Assembly: GCA_965249275.1 (NCBI GenBank)
Contig: CBDFLQ010000005.1
Coordinates: 224,001 to 288,000 of the forward strand
Source of the DNA: Dehalococcoidia bacterium
Lineage (GTDB): Bacteria > Chloroflexota > Dehalococcoidia > Plut-88900
Direction: 5' to 3'
DNA length: 64,000 nt
The notes under the pieces were generated by a model. That model had not been told where the DNA came from, did no database searches, and saw only the letters and a program-made list of their open reading frames with translations. Every line of letters starts with the position of its first letter. The stretch's first letter is position 1. This document shows positions 29,668 to 40,222 of the stretch, in pieces. The translations under genes and the position numbers were made by a program.

Positions 29668-31539
29668 CTAGCGGATAGGGCTGGGGATGTTGCCACAGGA
29701 AACCGGCGGGTCACTCACCTGATCCGTGCCGCTCACGACTACAACGTAGGACGGGCTAAACTGGAAGAACTGAGCGGGTGTGTCCACCATACTTATGGAC
29801 TTGCCGTCAACGATGTCAAAAAGGAGATACTCGAACTGGCCGCTGGGCTCCCCACCTTCGGAGGGGCAGCTGCCCCGGCGGATGGCAGCGGCGAAGGGCC
29901 CGGGGCCCGCATCATGGAGGGTGACCGTGACCCTGGTCCACCAGTGGATCTGGACAAGGTGCAGGGCACCGTTCAGGCCCCCCTCTCCCACGGCGACCAT
30001 GTCCGCGGAGCTTGCCGTTTTAGCTATTCTCTCGTCGCCCGTCCATTCCTCGGGGAGGGGCGGTGCGGCGCACAGTTGCAGGCCGGCGGCCTGAAAGTCT
30101 CTATCCGGGATATCCGCCAAATCATGGGGGATGCATCCCGTAAAGCGATTACCGCTGAGGGACAGCGACTGCATATGGGAGAGGCGGCCCAGTTCCGACG
30201 GTATCTCTCCGCTTAAGTGGTTATTGTCAAGGTTTAATCCAGCGAGGTAGGCAAGACTACCCAATTGCGGTGGTATCTCTCCGCTCAAATCATTCTCGCT
30301 GAGGTTCAGCCACTCCAGGTTGGAGAGGCGGCCCAGTTCCGACGGTATCTCTCCGCTCAACTCGTTCCCGTTGAAGGACAGCCACCTCAGGAGGGAGAGG
30401 CGACCCAGTTCCGACGGTATCTCCCCGCTCAACTCGTTCCCGAAGAGGGAGAGCGATTGCAGTTTGGAGAGAGTCCCCAGTTCCGGTGGTATTTCTCCAC
30501 TCAACTCGTTCCTGCTAAGGTGCAGCCGCTCCAGGCGGGAGAGACTGCCCAGTTCCGGCGGTATTTCTCCACTCAACTCGTTCCTGTGTAGATCCAGCCG
30601 CTCCAGGCGGGAGAGGCGACCCAGTTCCGACGGTATCTCTCCACTCAACTTGTTCCCGTGGAGGTACAGCGATTGCAGATTGGAGGGGCCTCCCAGTTCC
30701 GGTGGTATCCCTCCGCTCAACTTGTTCGTGTGGAGGCCCAGCCCTTGCAGATTGGAGAGGCCACCGAGTTCAGACGGTATTTCTCCGCTCAACTCGTTCT
30801 CGCTGAGGGACAGCGATTGTAGATTGGAGAGAGCCCCCAGTTCCGGCGGTATTTCTCCGCTCAACTCGTTCTCGCTGAGGGACAGCACCCTCAGTAGGGA
30901 GAGGCGGCCCAGTTCCGACGGTATCTCCCCACTCAACTTGTTCGTGTGGAGGCCCAGCGATTGCAGATTAGGGAGACCCCCGAGTTCCGACGGTATCTCC
31001 CCGCTCAAATGGTTCCTGCTGAGGTCCAGCAATTGCAGATTGGAAAGACTGCCTAGCTCCAGTGGTATTTTCCCTCTCATCCCATTAAGAAAAAAGTCCA
31101 TCTCAGTGATGCGGCCGCTTTCATCGGTGGTGATTCCAGACCATTGGCCGATAGGCGCATCGGTCAGCCAGTTATTGTTATCGCGCCAGTTCTGGCCGTT
31201 AGTGGCGTGATAGAGGGCAACTAGGGCCTCCCTGTCGGTGGCTGGGGATTGGGCCGGGACAGGGATGGGTGTTGGGGTCGGTGTAGGCGTGGGAGTTGAA
31301 GCAGGTGTCGGGACTGGCGTAGACGTGGGAGCAGGGGCAAGCGTTGGGGTAGGTGTAGGCATGGGAGTTGGGGCAGGCGTTGGGGCAGGCGTTGGGGTTG
31401 ACGTAGGCATGGGAGCAGGGGTAAGCGTTGGGGACGGTGACAGTGTGGGCGTCGGGGTTGACGCATCGGAACAGGCGGAGACCAATATCAAAAGGAGTAT
31501 TGCGGTTGCACTGAGCGGTCCTAAGATCGGCGCTGGCAT
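29668..31539 (-). CDS. LRR lipoprotein (24-aa plant-type LRRs) with P/T linker
   Basis: VSAC lipobox; [10 protein letters not shown] cap; ~13 LxxLxLxxNxLSGEIPxELG units (72-bp repeats, ~30130-31090). Confidence 0.92.
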   Translation of the reverse strand: MPAPILGPLSATAILLLILVSACSDASTPTPTLSPSPTLTPAPMPTSTPTPAPTPAPTPMPTPTPTLAPAPTSTPVPTPASTPTPTPTPTPIPVPAQSPATDREALVALYHATNGQNWRDNNNWLTDAPIGQWSGITTDESGRITEMDFFLNGMRGKIPLELGSLSNLQLLDLSRNHLSGEIPSELGGLPNLQSLGLHTNKLSGEIPSELGRLSLLRVLSLSENELSGEIPPELGALSNLQSLSLSENELSGEIPSELGGLSNLQGLGLHTNKLSGGIPPELGGPSNLQSLYLHGNKLSGEIPSELGRLSRLERLDLHRNELSGEIPPELGSLSRLERLHLSRNELSGEIPPELGTLSKLQSLSLFGNELSGEIPSELGRLSLLRWLSFNGNELSGEIPSELGRLSNLEWLNLSENDLSGEIPPQLGSLAYLAGLNLDNNHLSGEIPSELGRLSHMQSLSLSGNRFTGCIPHDLADIPDRDFQAAGLQLCAAPPLPEEWTGDERIAKTASSADMVAVGEGGLNGALHLVQIHWWTRVTVTLHDAGPGPFAAAIRRGSCPSEGGEPSGQFEYLLFDIVDGKSISMVDTPAQFFQFSPSYVVVVSGTDQVSDPPVSCGNIPSPIR

Positions 31540-31784
31540 TCCCCACCTCCAGCAAACGGGCCATCCATGGATTCTGGCGCTATCAGCTTACCTTCTGTAA
31601 CGACATGACAGGGCATTTCGTTCCTGTGGTGTGAGGCCCGTCACGGCTCGTTCGGCTCACCACGAACGGATTCTCGTTGAGGGTAGGCGCCGGGGGACAG
31701 AGTGTCCAGGGTAGAGTCGGGATATATACTATCACTGATCCCAAGGGATGGTGGCCTGAAACATTGGATTTGAAGGGAAAGGGC

Positions 31785-32198
31785 ATGGCTGAGACAGTAG
31801 CGATACCTGCTAGAAAAGAGTTCCCGAGGATTCTGCAACACACCCTGGAGCTTACGGGCAAAAAGGTGTCGGCGGAGAGTGTCGGGAAGCTCTACAAGAT
31901 ATTCAAGACGCTGCGCTGGGATTTCCCGGACTACGAGATGTCGGCGTACACGGTGCTGGACGCTGAAGGCGCTTTCGGGTATGCAGAGTCGATTGAGGGA
32001 GCGCCGGACGCACGGATAACTATGGACGCGGAGCGGCTGCACCAGGTGGTCTATGGTCGGGGGAACATGGCAAAGATGTTCCTTTCGGGGCAGATCAAGC
32101 TGAAGGGTGTGCCGATGTACAAACTGATGAGGTTCGTTCCCTTGCTGGGGCCTTTTCTGGACAGCTACCGGGAGGCGTGCGAGGAGGCATCCAGGTAA
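31785..32198 (+). CDS. SCP2 sterol-binding-domain protein
   Basis: PDARITMD..FLSGQIKLKG. Confidence 0.7.
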   Translation: MAETVAIPARKEFPRILQHTLELTGKKVSAESVGKLYKIFKTLRWDFPDYEMSAYTVLDAEGAFGYAESIEGAPDARITMDAERLHQVVYGRGNMAKMFLSGQIKLKGVPMYKLMRFVPLLGPFLDSYREACEEASR

Positions 32199-32287
32199 TG
32201 TTAATCTAGCCGCACCCTGTGGACAGTCAACGAGGGCAGGCCATATAATGAGCCATCCTCATCGGTGACGGCGGTGCCCCAACTACA

Positions 32288-33181
32288 ATGACAGAAGCCT
32301 CTACTAAACACGTCTCGACTTCCAGCACCCCTGCCAAAGCATCCGTGGCCGATGACCACCACGAGATCCCCCGACTCACCGTCGGGGAGATGGGCAGCCT
32401 GACCCAGACCATCCGCCGCCACATCGTTCGTATGACCGCGGCTGCGGGAAGCGGCCACCCCGGCGGCTCTCTATCGTCGGTCGAAATACTGACAAGCCTC
32501 TATTTCAAAGTTCTGCGGCACGATCCTCGGGACCCGGACTGGCCGGGACGCGACAGATTCATCCTGAGCAAGGGCCACTGCACCCCGGTCCTCTATTCCA
32601 CACTGGCTGAAGCGGGATACTTCCCCGTAGAGGAACTGGCGACCTTCCGGCAGGTGGACAGCCGACTGCATGGCCATTGCCACAACACCACGCCGGGCGT
32701 CGAGCAGTGCTCGGGGTCCCTGGGGCAAGGGCTCTCAGTAGGGGTGGGGATAGCGTTGGCTGGACGGCTGGACAACAGCCCGCACAACGTCTACGTGCTA
32801 CTAGGGGATGGGGAATGTGACGAGGGACAGATATGGGAAGCGGCCATGGCTGCCTCGCACTTCGGGCTGGACAACATTACGGTCATAGTAGACCGGAACG
32901 GCATCCAGAACGACCGGTGGACTCACGAGGTCATGAACCTGGAGCCCTTGTCCGACAAATGGCGGGCATTCGGTTGGGACGTGCATGAGGTTAACGGACA
33001 CGATCTTGGCCAGATGATGGAGGCCTTAAGCAACGCTTCGCAAAGGGACGGGCAACGGCACGCCATCATAGCTGCTACGGTGAAGGGTAAGGGCGTCAGC
33101 TTCATGGAGAACAACCCCGCCTTCCACGGTAAATCTCCCAACCCTGACGAGCTGCGGCTCGCGCTTGAGGAGCTGGCCTGA
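32288..33181 (+). CDS. transketolase N-terminal subunit
   Basis: SGHPGGSLS, DRFILSKGH, GSLGQG, GDGE TPP motif. Confidence 0.93.
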   Translation: MTEASTKHVSTSSTPAKASVADDHHEIPRLTVGEMGSLTQTIRRHIVRMTAAAGSGHPGGSLSSVEILTSLYFKVLRHDPRDPDWPGRDRFILSKGHCTPVLYSTLAEAGYFPVEELATFRQVDSRLHGHCHNTTPGVEQCSGSLGQGLSVGVGIALAGRLDNSPHNVYVLLGDGECDEGQIWEAAMAASHFGLDNITVIVDRNGIQNDRWTHEVMNLEPLSDKWRAFGWDVHEVNGHDLGQMMEALSNASQRDGQRHAIIAATVKGKGVSFMENNPAFHGKSPNPDELRLALEELA

Positions 33182-33185
33182 CACC

Positions 33186-34133
33186 TTGGTTACGAAAGTC
33201 GCCACCCGGGAAGCATTTGGCAAGACCTTAGTCGAACTGGGGCATGGCAACCCAAATATAGTCGTCATCGGCGGGGACCTGAACAAGTCCACCATGACCA
33301 CTCTCTTCGCTAAGGAGTTCCCGGACAGGTTCTTCGACTGCGGGGCGGCAGAGCAGAACATGATGGGGATCGCCTCGGGGCTGGCGGCTTCCGGGAAAAT
33401 CCCGTTTGCGAGCACCTTCGCTGTGTTTGGCTCGGGGCGGCCTTTCGACCAGATTAGGATATCGATAGCCCAGGCGCGGGCCAATGTGAAGATAGTAGTG
33501 ACTCACGCCGGGATTATCACGGGCCCAGACGGTATGTCGGCGCACGGGATTGAGGATTTAGCCCTGATGTGTTCCCTGGTGGGGTTCACGGTGGTCGTGC
33601 CCGCCGATGCGGCGGAGACAGTGCAGGCGGTGCGAGCCATGGCCGATATGGACGGGCCCTGCTACCTGCGGCTCAGTCGCCCTGCGACGCCCATAGTCTG
33701 CCCGGAAGACTACCAGTTCCAAATCGGCAAGGCGACGGTATTCAGGCCGGGGAACGACGTCACCATCATGGCCACGGGCATAATGGTGGCAATGGCCCTG
33801 GAAGCTGCAGAGAACTTGGCCCGGGAATCCATCAAGGCCCGAGTACTTAACGTGTCGACGCTCAAGCCGTTTGATTTGGAGACGGTGGTGCAGTGTGCTC
33901 GGGAGACGGGGGCGGTTGTGACGGCGGAAGAGCACCTGAGGCACGGGGGTCTGGGAAGTATTGTGGCCGAGGCGTTGGGGGAGCACTGCCCCGTGCCCAT
34001 GTCCGTTGTGGCAATCGACGATGTCTACAGCCCTTCCGGGGAGGCAGAGGAGCTATTGAAAATGCGGGGCCTTACCCCCGAACGGATAGCTGACGCGGCC
34101 AAAAGCGTAGTTACAAGAAGGAAATCGCTCTAG
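33186..34133 (+). CDS. transketolase C-terminal subunit
   Basis: ATREAFG, AEQNM, GPDGMSAH, EEH..GGLG. Confidence 0.93.
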   Translation: MVTKVATREAFGKTLVELGHGNPNIVVIGGDLNKSTMTTLFAKEFPDRFFDCGAAEQNMMGIASGLAASGKIPFASTFAVFGSGRPFDQIRISIAQARANVKIVVTHAGIITGPDGMSAHGIEDLALMCSLVGFTVVVPADAAETVQAVRAMADMDGPCYLRLSRPATPIVCPEDYQFQIGKATVFRPGNDVTIMATGIMVAMALEAAENLARESIKARVLNVSTLKPFDLETVVQCARETGAVVTAEEHLRHGGLGSIVAEALGEHCPVPMSVVAIDDVYSPSGEAEELLKMRGLTPERIADAAKSVVTRRKSL

Positions 34134-34308
34134 CTAAACAATAATCTTGGAAAAGAACAACTCAGGGAATGTGGGGACGCAGTGTAGGGTAGATGATGCT
34201 TCATGTTGGGAGAGGAGGGCAGTGTATGGAAGTCTATCGGCCAGAGGGGAGTAAGTAGGGACCGTGAGCACGGGAGACTGGCTTACGGTCAGATGGGGAG
34301 GGAGTCGA

Positions 34309-35652
34309 ATGAGAAATGAAGCAAAGAGAACAGTCCGAAAGGTAAAGGTACGAAGGACTGCCCTGGGTTTTCTGACCATCCTGCTGGTCTTGGTTTTGGC
34401 AGTTGCGGGCTGTGGCGAGGCGGCAACTGCTACGCCCGAGCCCGCTGTGCCAACGGCGGCGCCCCAACCCACTGCAACGACACCACCCTCCGAGCCGGCG
34501 ACTGCCGAGCCCGACGAGCCAGAGACAGCAATTAGACCTTTGTCCGAATGGACCGTGGAGAACCCCGCCACCCTGGAGGAGATAGAGGCGGAACTGGAGA
34601 AGCACAGGGGTGAGACCCTCTCGTTCATATCCGAAGGCGGTGCATTTCAGGCAGCCATAAGACGGGCATGGTTGGACCCTATGCGGGAGAAATTCGGGCT
34701 GGAGATAGTTGAGGAAAGCCCGGGGCCAGGCATAGCCAGAGTTCGAACCCAAGCCGAAACCGGAAACATTTCGTGGGACATAATAGACTTGGGTACCGAC
34801 CAAGTAGCTGCCCTGCTAAAAACAGATAGCCTGGGCGAATACGATCCTGCAATTGTAGACGCCAGGGACCTCCTGGACATTGTTACGGCGCCAGGGCCAT
34901 ACATCGCCGGAGGGGGCATCACATGGTCCACTATTCTTGCCTACAACACAGATGTCTACCCGGGAGATACCGGCCCTAAGAACTGGGCTGACTTCTTCGA
35001 TCTGGAGAATTTCCCAGGCCGTCGCTCCCTACGGAACGAGGTCTCCTACGGGGGACAAATTCAAATCCAAAGATTGGCCCGCAATCCCGAATTGCTGAAC
35101 ACTCCGGAAGGAAAGCGTGAAGTTGCCACGCCCTCTCGGGAGCAGATGGAAGAAGACTTCGCCTGGTTTAAAGAGTGGACCAAAGAAGCAGGCAACGATG
35201 TCATATATTGGGACACGGGCTCCCAATGCCCGGAGTTTCTGATATCGGGTGAAGTCGACATGTGCACCGCCTGGAACGGCAGGATATTTGATGCCCAACA
35301 GACGGGAGCACCACTGAGGATCTGCTGGGAGTGCGGATTCATGACGGGCACAGGCGGATGGACTATAGCGAAGGGCCTAAAGGAGCAAGACCCGGTAAGG
35401 TACGAATTGGCAAATCTCGTGGTTGCCTGGGCGACCTTTCCGCAGAACAACGTGAGGATGGCCCAGTTCATCACTTACGGTCCCATTAACAAGAAATCAT
35501 TCGTGTACATGGATGCCCCGGAGTACGACGCCGTACGGGATGAGCTGCCTACATCGGGGGCAAACATCCCTTATTCTATTCTGTGGGACGAAATCTGGCT
35601 TGGGGAAAACCTGGACTGGGCCAACGAGCAGTACATAACAGCAACCCAGTAA
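34309..35652 (+). CDS. ABC-type solute-binding lipoprotein (paralog of 15969..17420)
   Basis: AGC lipobox; shared ENPATLEEIEAELEK, LAYNTDVYPGDTGPK, CWECGF. Confidence 0.85.
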   Translation: MRNEAKRTVRKVKVRRTALGFLTILLVLVLAVAGCGEAATATPEPAVPTAAPQPTATTPPSEPATAEPDEPETAIRPLSEWTVENPATLEEIEAELEKHRGETLSFISEGGAFQAAIRRAWLDPMREKFGLEIVEESPGPGIARVRTQAETGNISWDIIDLGTDQVAALLKTDSLGEYDPAIVDARDLLDIVTAPGPYIAGGGITWSTILAYNTDVYPGDTGPKNWADFFDLENFPGRRSLRNEVSYGGQIQIQRLARNPELLNTPEGKREVATPSREQMEEDFAWFKEWTKEAGNDVIYWDTGSQCPEFLISGEVDMCTAWNGRIFDAQQTGAPLRICWECGFMTGTGGWTIAKGLKEQDPVRYELANLVVAWATFPQNNVRMAQFITYGPINKKSFVYMDAPEYDAVRDELPTSGANIPYSILWDEIWLGENLDWANEQYITATQ

Positions 35653-35711
35653 CAGTTCTTGAGCCGGAGGTTGAGGCCTGCGGCTTCTCGTAGCGGCCTA
35701 CTCTTGATCGA

Positions 35712-35747
35712 GAGGCCCCGGAACTGAATATTCAGTTCCGGGGCCTC
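35712..35747. terminator. perfect hairpin after the SBP gene
   Basis: GAGGCCCCGGAACTGAATATTCAGTTCCGGGGCCTC. Confidence 0.65.
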
Positions 35748-35865
35748 ACCTTGTCCTTCAGTTAAAGCCTTGGCCGACAGTGCCATGACATTGCTATCGT
35801 ATGACGCATTTGACAAGCCTCGTCTGCGGATAGTAACGTGGAAAGCACAAAGAAATAGACCACAA

Positions 35866-36212
35866 AGACAGTGAACGGGAATAGTAAGCCTCAAGCGGGG
35901 GCCAGAGAGTCGGGTTAGGTGTGAGCCGACCCCAGTGCAGAGGTTGAATGGGCCCGGGAGTCGCCAACCGAAACCCCGGTGTGAACCAGGAAAGTAGGCT
36001 TGGCCGGAGAGGGCACCGTTATCAGGGCCCAGGGTATCTCGTCGGGAGGCATCAGCGCCTTCCGGTGGACGTACCTGATCGAGATGTAGTCGGCTGACAA
36101 CCCCAAACGCCCCTTCTGCCGGGAGGATGGGTGAGTCAAACGGGTTGGGGCCGATCAAATTAGGGTGGCACCGCGAGAAACCCCCTCGCCCCTAAGGGCG
36201 AAGGGGTTTTTT
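35866..36212 (+). promoter_or_regulatory. T-box riboswitch, Trp specifier, with terminator
   Basis: GA motif/AGTA, AGAGA and GGTGTGA apical loops, GAA-TGG specifier (35946-51), AGGGTGGCACCGCG (36162-75), hairpin plus T6. Confidence 0.92.
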
Positions 36213-36232
36213 ATGTCCGAGAGGATTGTGCC

Positions 36233-37705
36233 ATGACGAGCATAGCAATAAGCAGATACACGCCAGACCTGGCTACCCTGGAAGGGCTTTCCAGCCAGGG
36301 AAACCTTGTCCCTGTATACAGGGAGATAGACGCCGATCTGGAGACTCCGGTCTCCGCCTACCTGAAAGTCGCCAGGGGGGACTATTCCTTCCTATTGGAA
36401 AGCGTAGAGGGTGGGGAAAGGCTAGCGCGGTACAGTTTCATCGGGACGGAGCCCTACAAGCGGGTTGTTACCGGGCCGGGCCAGACCGACGGAGACGTGG
36501 ACCCTTTGAAGCTTGTCCAGGAAGAGATCGAGAGATCGTCGGTTGTAAGCGTACCGGGCCTGCCTCGGTTCCACGGTGGGGCTGTCGGGTACCTGAGCTA
36601 CGAGGCGATGCATCACTATGAGGATGTACCGTCGCCGGAAGTCGACACCCTGGGCCTGCCCGAGGCGCTCTTCATGTTCGCCGACACTCTGCTAGTCTTC
36701 GACCATGTAAAGCACAGCATCAAGGTCGTTTCCCATGTCCGGCTGGACGGCGGGGATACATCGTCGGCCTACCAGCAGGCCGTAGACAAGATAGACAAGT
36801 TGGTGGAGAGGCTTCGGCAACCCATAGAGCCTGCCCTGGCCGCTCTTCGGGGTGGGCCCTCGACCTCCTACCCAACCGAATCCAACCTGACCCAGGAGCA
36901 GCACGAAGCGAATGTAAGTGCAGCCAAGGATTACATCCGGGCCGGGGACATCATCCAGGCCGTCCTGTCGCAGAGGTTCTCCCGCAAGACCGACGTCCAC
37001 CCGTTCAACATCTACCGAACCCTCAGGACGGTGAACCCGTCTCCCTACATGTTCTACTTGAACATGGGCAGTTTCCAGCTGGTTGGGGCCTCGCCGGAGG
37101 TACTGGTGCGGGAGGAGGAAGGGCAACTGGACTACCGTCCCCTCGCTGGGACCAGGCCCCGGGGGAAGGACGACGAGGAGGACCTGGCCTTGGAGCGGGA
37201 CATGACGAACGACGAAAAGGACCGGGCCGAGCACATAATGCTCCTGGACCTGGGTCGGAACGACATTGGGCGGGTGAGCATACCGGGCACCGTGCAGGTA
37301 ACCGAGCTCATGGAAGTAGAACGGTACTCCCACGTCATGCACCTTGTATCCCACGTCCAGGGACGGCTGAGGCCCGACATATCCCCCTACGATGCTGTCT
37401 GGTCATGCTTCCCCGCTGGCACCGTTTCCGGTGCGCCCAAGCTCCGGGCTATGGAGATCATCGCCGAGCTGGAACCTGACAAGAGGGGCCCCTATGCCGG
37501 GTCTGTTGGGTACTTCAGTTTTTCGGGCAACATGGACACATGCATAACCCTCAGGACGATAGTGTTCAGCAACGGCGTGGCCCACTTCCAGTCCGGGAGC
37601 GGCATTGTTGCCGACAGCGTGCCCTATTCGGAGTACATGGAGACGGTCCACAAGTCCATGGCCATCAGGAGGGCAATCGATGAGGCTGAGGCCAGGTCGT
37701 GGTAG
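36233..37705 (+). CDS. trpE: anthranilate synthase component I
   Basis: LETPVSAY, LLESVEGG, NPSPYM, AEHIMLLDLGRND, GTVSGAPK. Confidence 0.95.
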   Translation: MTSIAISRYTPDLATLEGLSSQGNLVPVYREIDADLETPVSAYLKVARGDYSFLLESVEGGERLARYSFIGTEPYKRVVTGPGQTDGDVDPLKLVQEEIERSSVVSVPGLPRFHGGAVGYLSYEAMHHYEDVPSPEVDTLGLPEALFMFADTLLVFDHVKHSIKVVSHVRLDGGDTSSAYQQAVDKIDKLVERLRQPIEPALAALRGGPSTSYPTESNLTQEQHEANVSAAKDYIRAGDIIQAVLSQRFSRKTDVHPFNIYRTLRTVNPSPYMFYLNMGSFQLVGASPEVLVREEEGQLDYRPLAGTRPRGKDDEEDLALERDMTNDEKDRAEHIMLLDLGRNDIGRVSIPGTVQVTELMEVERYSHVMHLVSHVQGRLRPDISPYDAVWSCFPAGTVSGAPKLRAMEIIAELEPDKRGPYAGSVGYFSFSGNMDTCITLRTIVFSNGVAHFQSGSGIVADSVPYSEYMETVHKSMAIRRAIDEAEARSW

Positions 37706-37736
37706 TATTTGACCGGTCATTAGGAGTACGCCGCAT

Positions 37737-38498
37737 ATGAAACTCGAGGGTAGAGCAGCGATAGTCACCGGAGGCAACCGGGGCATAGGCAGAGCCATTG
37801 CACTGGAGTTTGCCCGGCAGGGCGCCGACGTGGCGTTTAACTACCGGGGCGATGAGGCATCGGCGAAGGCTACTGCGTCGGAGATCGAGGCGTTGGGACG
37901 CAAGACCTTGGCTCGGCAGACCGATGTTACCGACAACGCTGCCGTCGAAAGCATGGTGGCAGAGGCCATCGACCTGTTCGGTGCTGTGGACATTCTGGTG
38001 TGCAATGCAGGGGTGGCGTCTCGAGGGAGCCACTTGGGAGAGACCGAGGCCCGCGAGATGCGTCGGTTGCTGGACGTGCACCTGTTCGGCGCTCTTCACT
38101 TCGCAAGGGCTCTGCTACCGTACATGAGGGACCAGGAGCGAAGCGACGTCCATTTCATTTCATCCACGTCACCCTTCAGGAGCGAGGCGGGGCACGGGCC
38201 CTATGCGACGGCCAAAGCGTGCGTGGAATCCCTGGCGATGACCATGGCGAAGGATGAACGTCAGCACGGGGTGCGGGTCAACGTGATTGCCCCGGGCCTG
38301 GTAGAGACGGAGATGGGCAAGCGGCTTGTAAAGGCCACCCAGGGAGTCGATGACATAAAAGATATTTACCCGGAATATCCGTTCGGGAGGGTGTGCCAGC
38401 CGGAGGATATAGCCAAGCTGTCGGTGTTCTTGGCGTCGGAAGACGGGGGCTATGTCTCGGGGCACGTGATCCACCTGGACGGAGGAATGTCCCGCTAA
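37737..38498 (+). CDS. SDR oxidoreductase 1
   Basis: TGGNRGIG, NAG, YATAK. Confidence 0.9.
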   Translation: MKLEGRAAIVTGGNRGIGRAIALEFARQGADVAFNYRGDEASAKATASEIEALGRKTLARQTDVTDNAAVESMVAEAIDLFGAVDILVCNAGVASRGSHLGETEAREMRRLLDVHLFGALHFARALLPYMRDQERSDVHFISSTSPFRSEAGHGPYATAKACVESLAMTMAKDERQHGVRVNVIAPGLVETEMGKRLVKATQGVDDIKDIYPEYPFGRVCQPEDIAKLSVFLASEDGGYVSGHVIHLDGGMSR

Positions 38499-38522
38499 AA
38501 GAAGACTAAGAGGAGACAGACT

Positions 38523-39329
38523 ATGGAACTAGAGGGAAGGGTTGCGCTGATAACGGGGGCGTCTCGGGGCATAGGGCAGGGGATCGCCAAATCCATGGCC
38601 GAGGCCGGGGCCAACATAGTAGTCAACTACCAGCGAAACAAGGCAGGAGCGGAGCAGACTGCCAGCGACGTCGAAGCGCTGGGCGCCAAGGCGCTCGTGT
38701 ATCAGGCCAACGTAAAAAACCTCAATGAGGTGCGGGCGATGGTGGACAAGAGCGTAGAGACCTTCGGCACGGTGGACATTCTGATCAACAATGCGGGCCA
38801 GCACTATTCGAAGTCGGTCATTGCGGATGATGCTTTAGACGTGTTCCACGACGTAGTCGGGACGCACATTAACGGGTCTTTCTACTGCACCCAGGCGGTG
38901 CTGCCTCACATGATGAAGAAGAAGAGGGGAGACATCCACTTCATCAGCTCTCTGGCCACCAAGCAGCTGTGGGCGGACGAGTGGGCTTACGCCAGCGCAA
39001 AGGCCTGGATGAACACTTTCGTGATGACCAGCGCCAAGGAACTCAGCTTGCACGGGATCCGGGTCAACGCCATTGCGCCCACCATCGTGGAGTCGGATAT
39101 GGGCCTGAAACTGGTCATGGACTGGGCACAGACGGACGACCCGCGGAACCTGGACGGCATAGTACCATTCGACCGGTTGATCCAGCCCCACGACGTGGGG
39201 AACATGTGCACATGGCTATGCAGCGACAAGGCCAGCCATGTCTCCGGTCAGGTGATCTACCTGGACTGCGGCATCGGGCCGGCTTCGCTCCGGGACTTCG
39301 TCACTCCTGAGGCTCGGGCGCAGAGATAG
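38523..39329 (+). CDS. SDR oxidoreductase 2
   Basis: TGASRGIG, NNAG, YASAK. Confidence 0.9.
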   Translation: MELEGRVALITGASRGIGQGIAKSMAEAGANIVVNYQRNKAGAEQTASDVEALGAKALVYQANVKNLNEVRAMVDKSVETFGTVDILINNAGQHYSKSVIADDALDVFHDVVGTHINGSFYCTQAVLPHMMKKKRGDIHFISSLATKQLWADEWAYASAKAWMNTFVMTSAKELSLHGIRVNAIAPTIVESDMGLKLVMDWAQTDDPRNLDGIVPFDRLIQPHDVGNMCTWLCSDKASHVSGQVIYLDCGIGPASLRDFVTPEARAQR

Positions 39330-39397
39330 GATATGTCAGTAGGAGAATTGTTGCTCGATACCGCATCCCCGCCCCAGATTCCTCGCGGGGCCTCGGA

Positions 39398-40222
39398 ATG
39401 ACAGTTAATGAAAGCTCGCTGGAGGGCCGGGTCGCGCTTGTCACCGGCGGGTCCAGGGGAATCGGCAGGGCCATAGCTTTGGCTATGGCCAAGGCCGGCG
39501 CCGACGTGATGGTCAATTATGTCAGCGATGAAGAGTCGGCCAGCAAAACGGCGGACGAGATAAGGACGCTGGGCAGAAAGGCTATGACCTTCCAGGCTGA
39601 CGTGGCGGATGCTGATGCCGTCAAGGCGATGGCAGGGGAAGCGGTGGAGGGGTTGGGCAAGGTCGACATCCTGGTATGCAACGCGGGCATCATACGTCGG
39701 GACAGCCACGTCTACGAAGCCGACCTTGAGGAGTTCCGAGAGGTTATAGAAAACCACATTATGGGCGCGTTTAACTGCGTCCAGGCCGTATTGCCGAACA
39801 TGCGGCAGCAGCCTCGGGGGGACATTCAGCTTATCTCTTCGACAAACGTACGGATGCTGCCCCTGGGCCTGACCTCCTACAACGTCGCCAAGGCAGGTGT
39901 AGAAGTGATGGGTCGGGTTCTTTCCAAGGAGGAGAGGGAGCACGGGATCAGGGTGAACGTTATCGGTCCGACGACCACCGAGACGGACATGGCATCGGGA
40001 CTGCTGCAAAGATACGGCTTCTCCAGCTTCCGCGAGGTAGATCCGTACATGCCCTTCGGTCGTATGGCCCAGCCTAGCGACACGGCCAACTTGTGCGCCT
40101 TCCTCGCCTCAGAGGCCGGAGGACATATCTCCGGGCAGATCATCTATGTAGACGCATCGCAGGACAGAAAGCCGACGCAGGAGTTCTTTTCGTCGGCGGC
40201 GGGACAGAGGAGTGGGATATGA
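39398..40222 (+). CDS. SDR oxidoreductase 3
   Basis: TGGSRGIG, NAG, YNVAK; ATG lies inside a REP element. Confidence 0.88.
   Translation: MTVNESSLEGRVALVTGGSRGIGRAIALAMAKAGADVMVNYVSDEESASKTADEIRTLGRKAMTFQADVADADAVKAMAGEAVEGLGKVDILVCNAGIIRRDSHVYEADLEEFREVIENHIMGAFNCVQAVLPNMRQQPRGDIQLISSTNVRMLPLGLTSYNVAKAGVEVMGRVLSKEEREHGIRVNVIGPTTTETDMASGLLQRYGFSSFREVDPYMPFGRMAQPSDTANLCAFLASEAGGHISGQIIYVDASQDRKPTQEFFSSAAGQRSGI

Noticed and set aside
30130-31090. Regular repeats as a CRISPR array
   Set aside because: They are in-frame 72-bp LRR codon repeats with no unique spacers, and no cas genes are in the window
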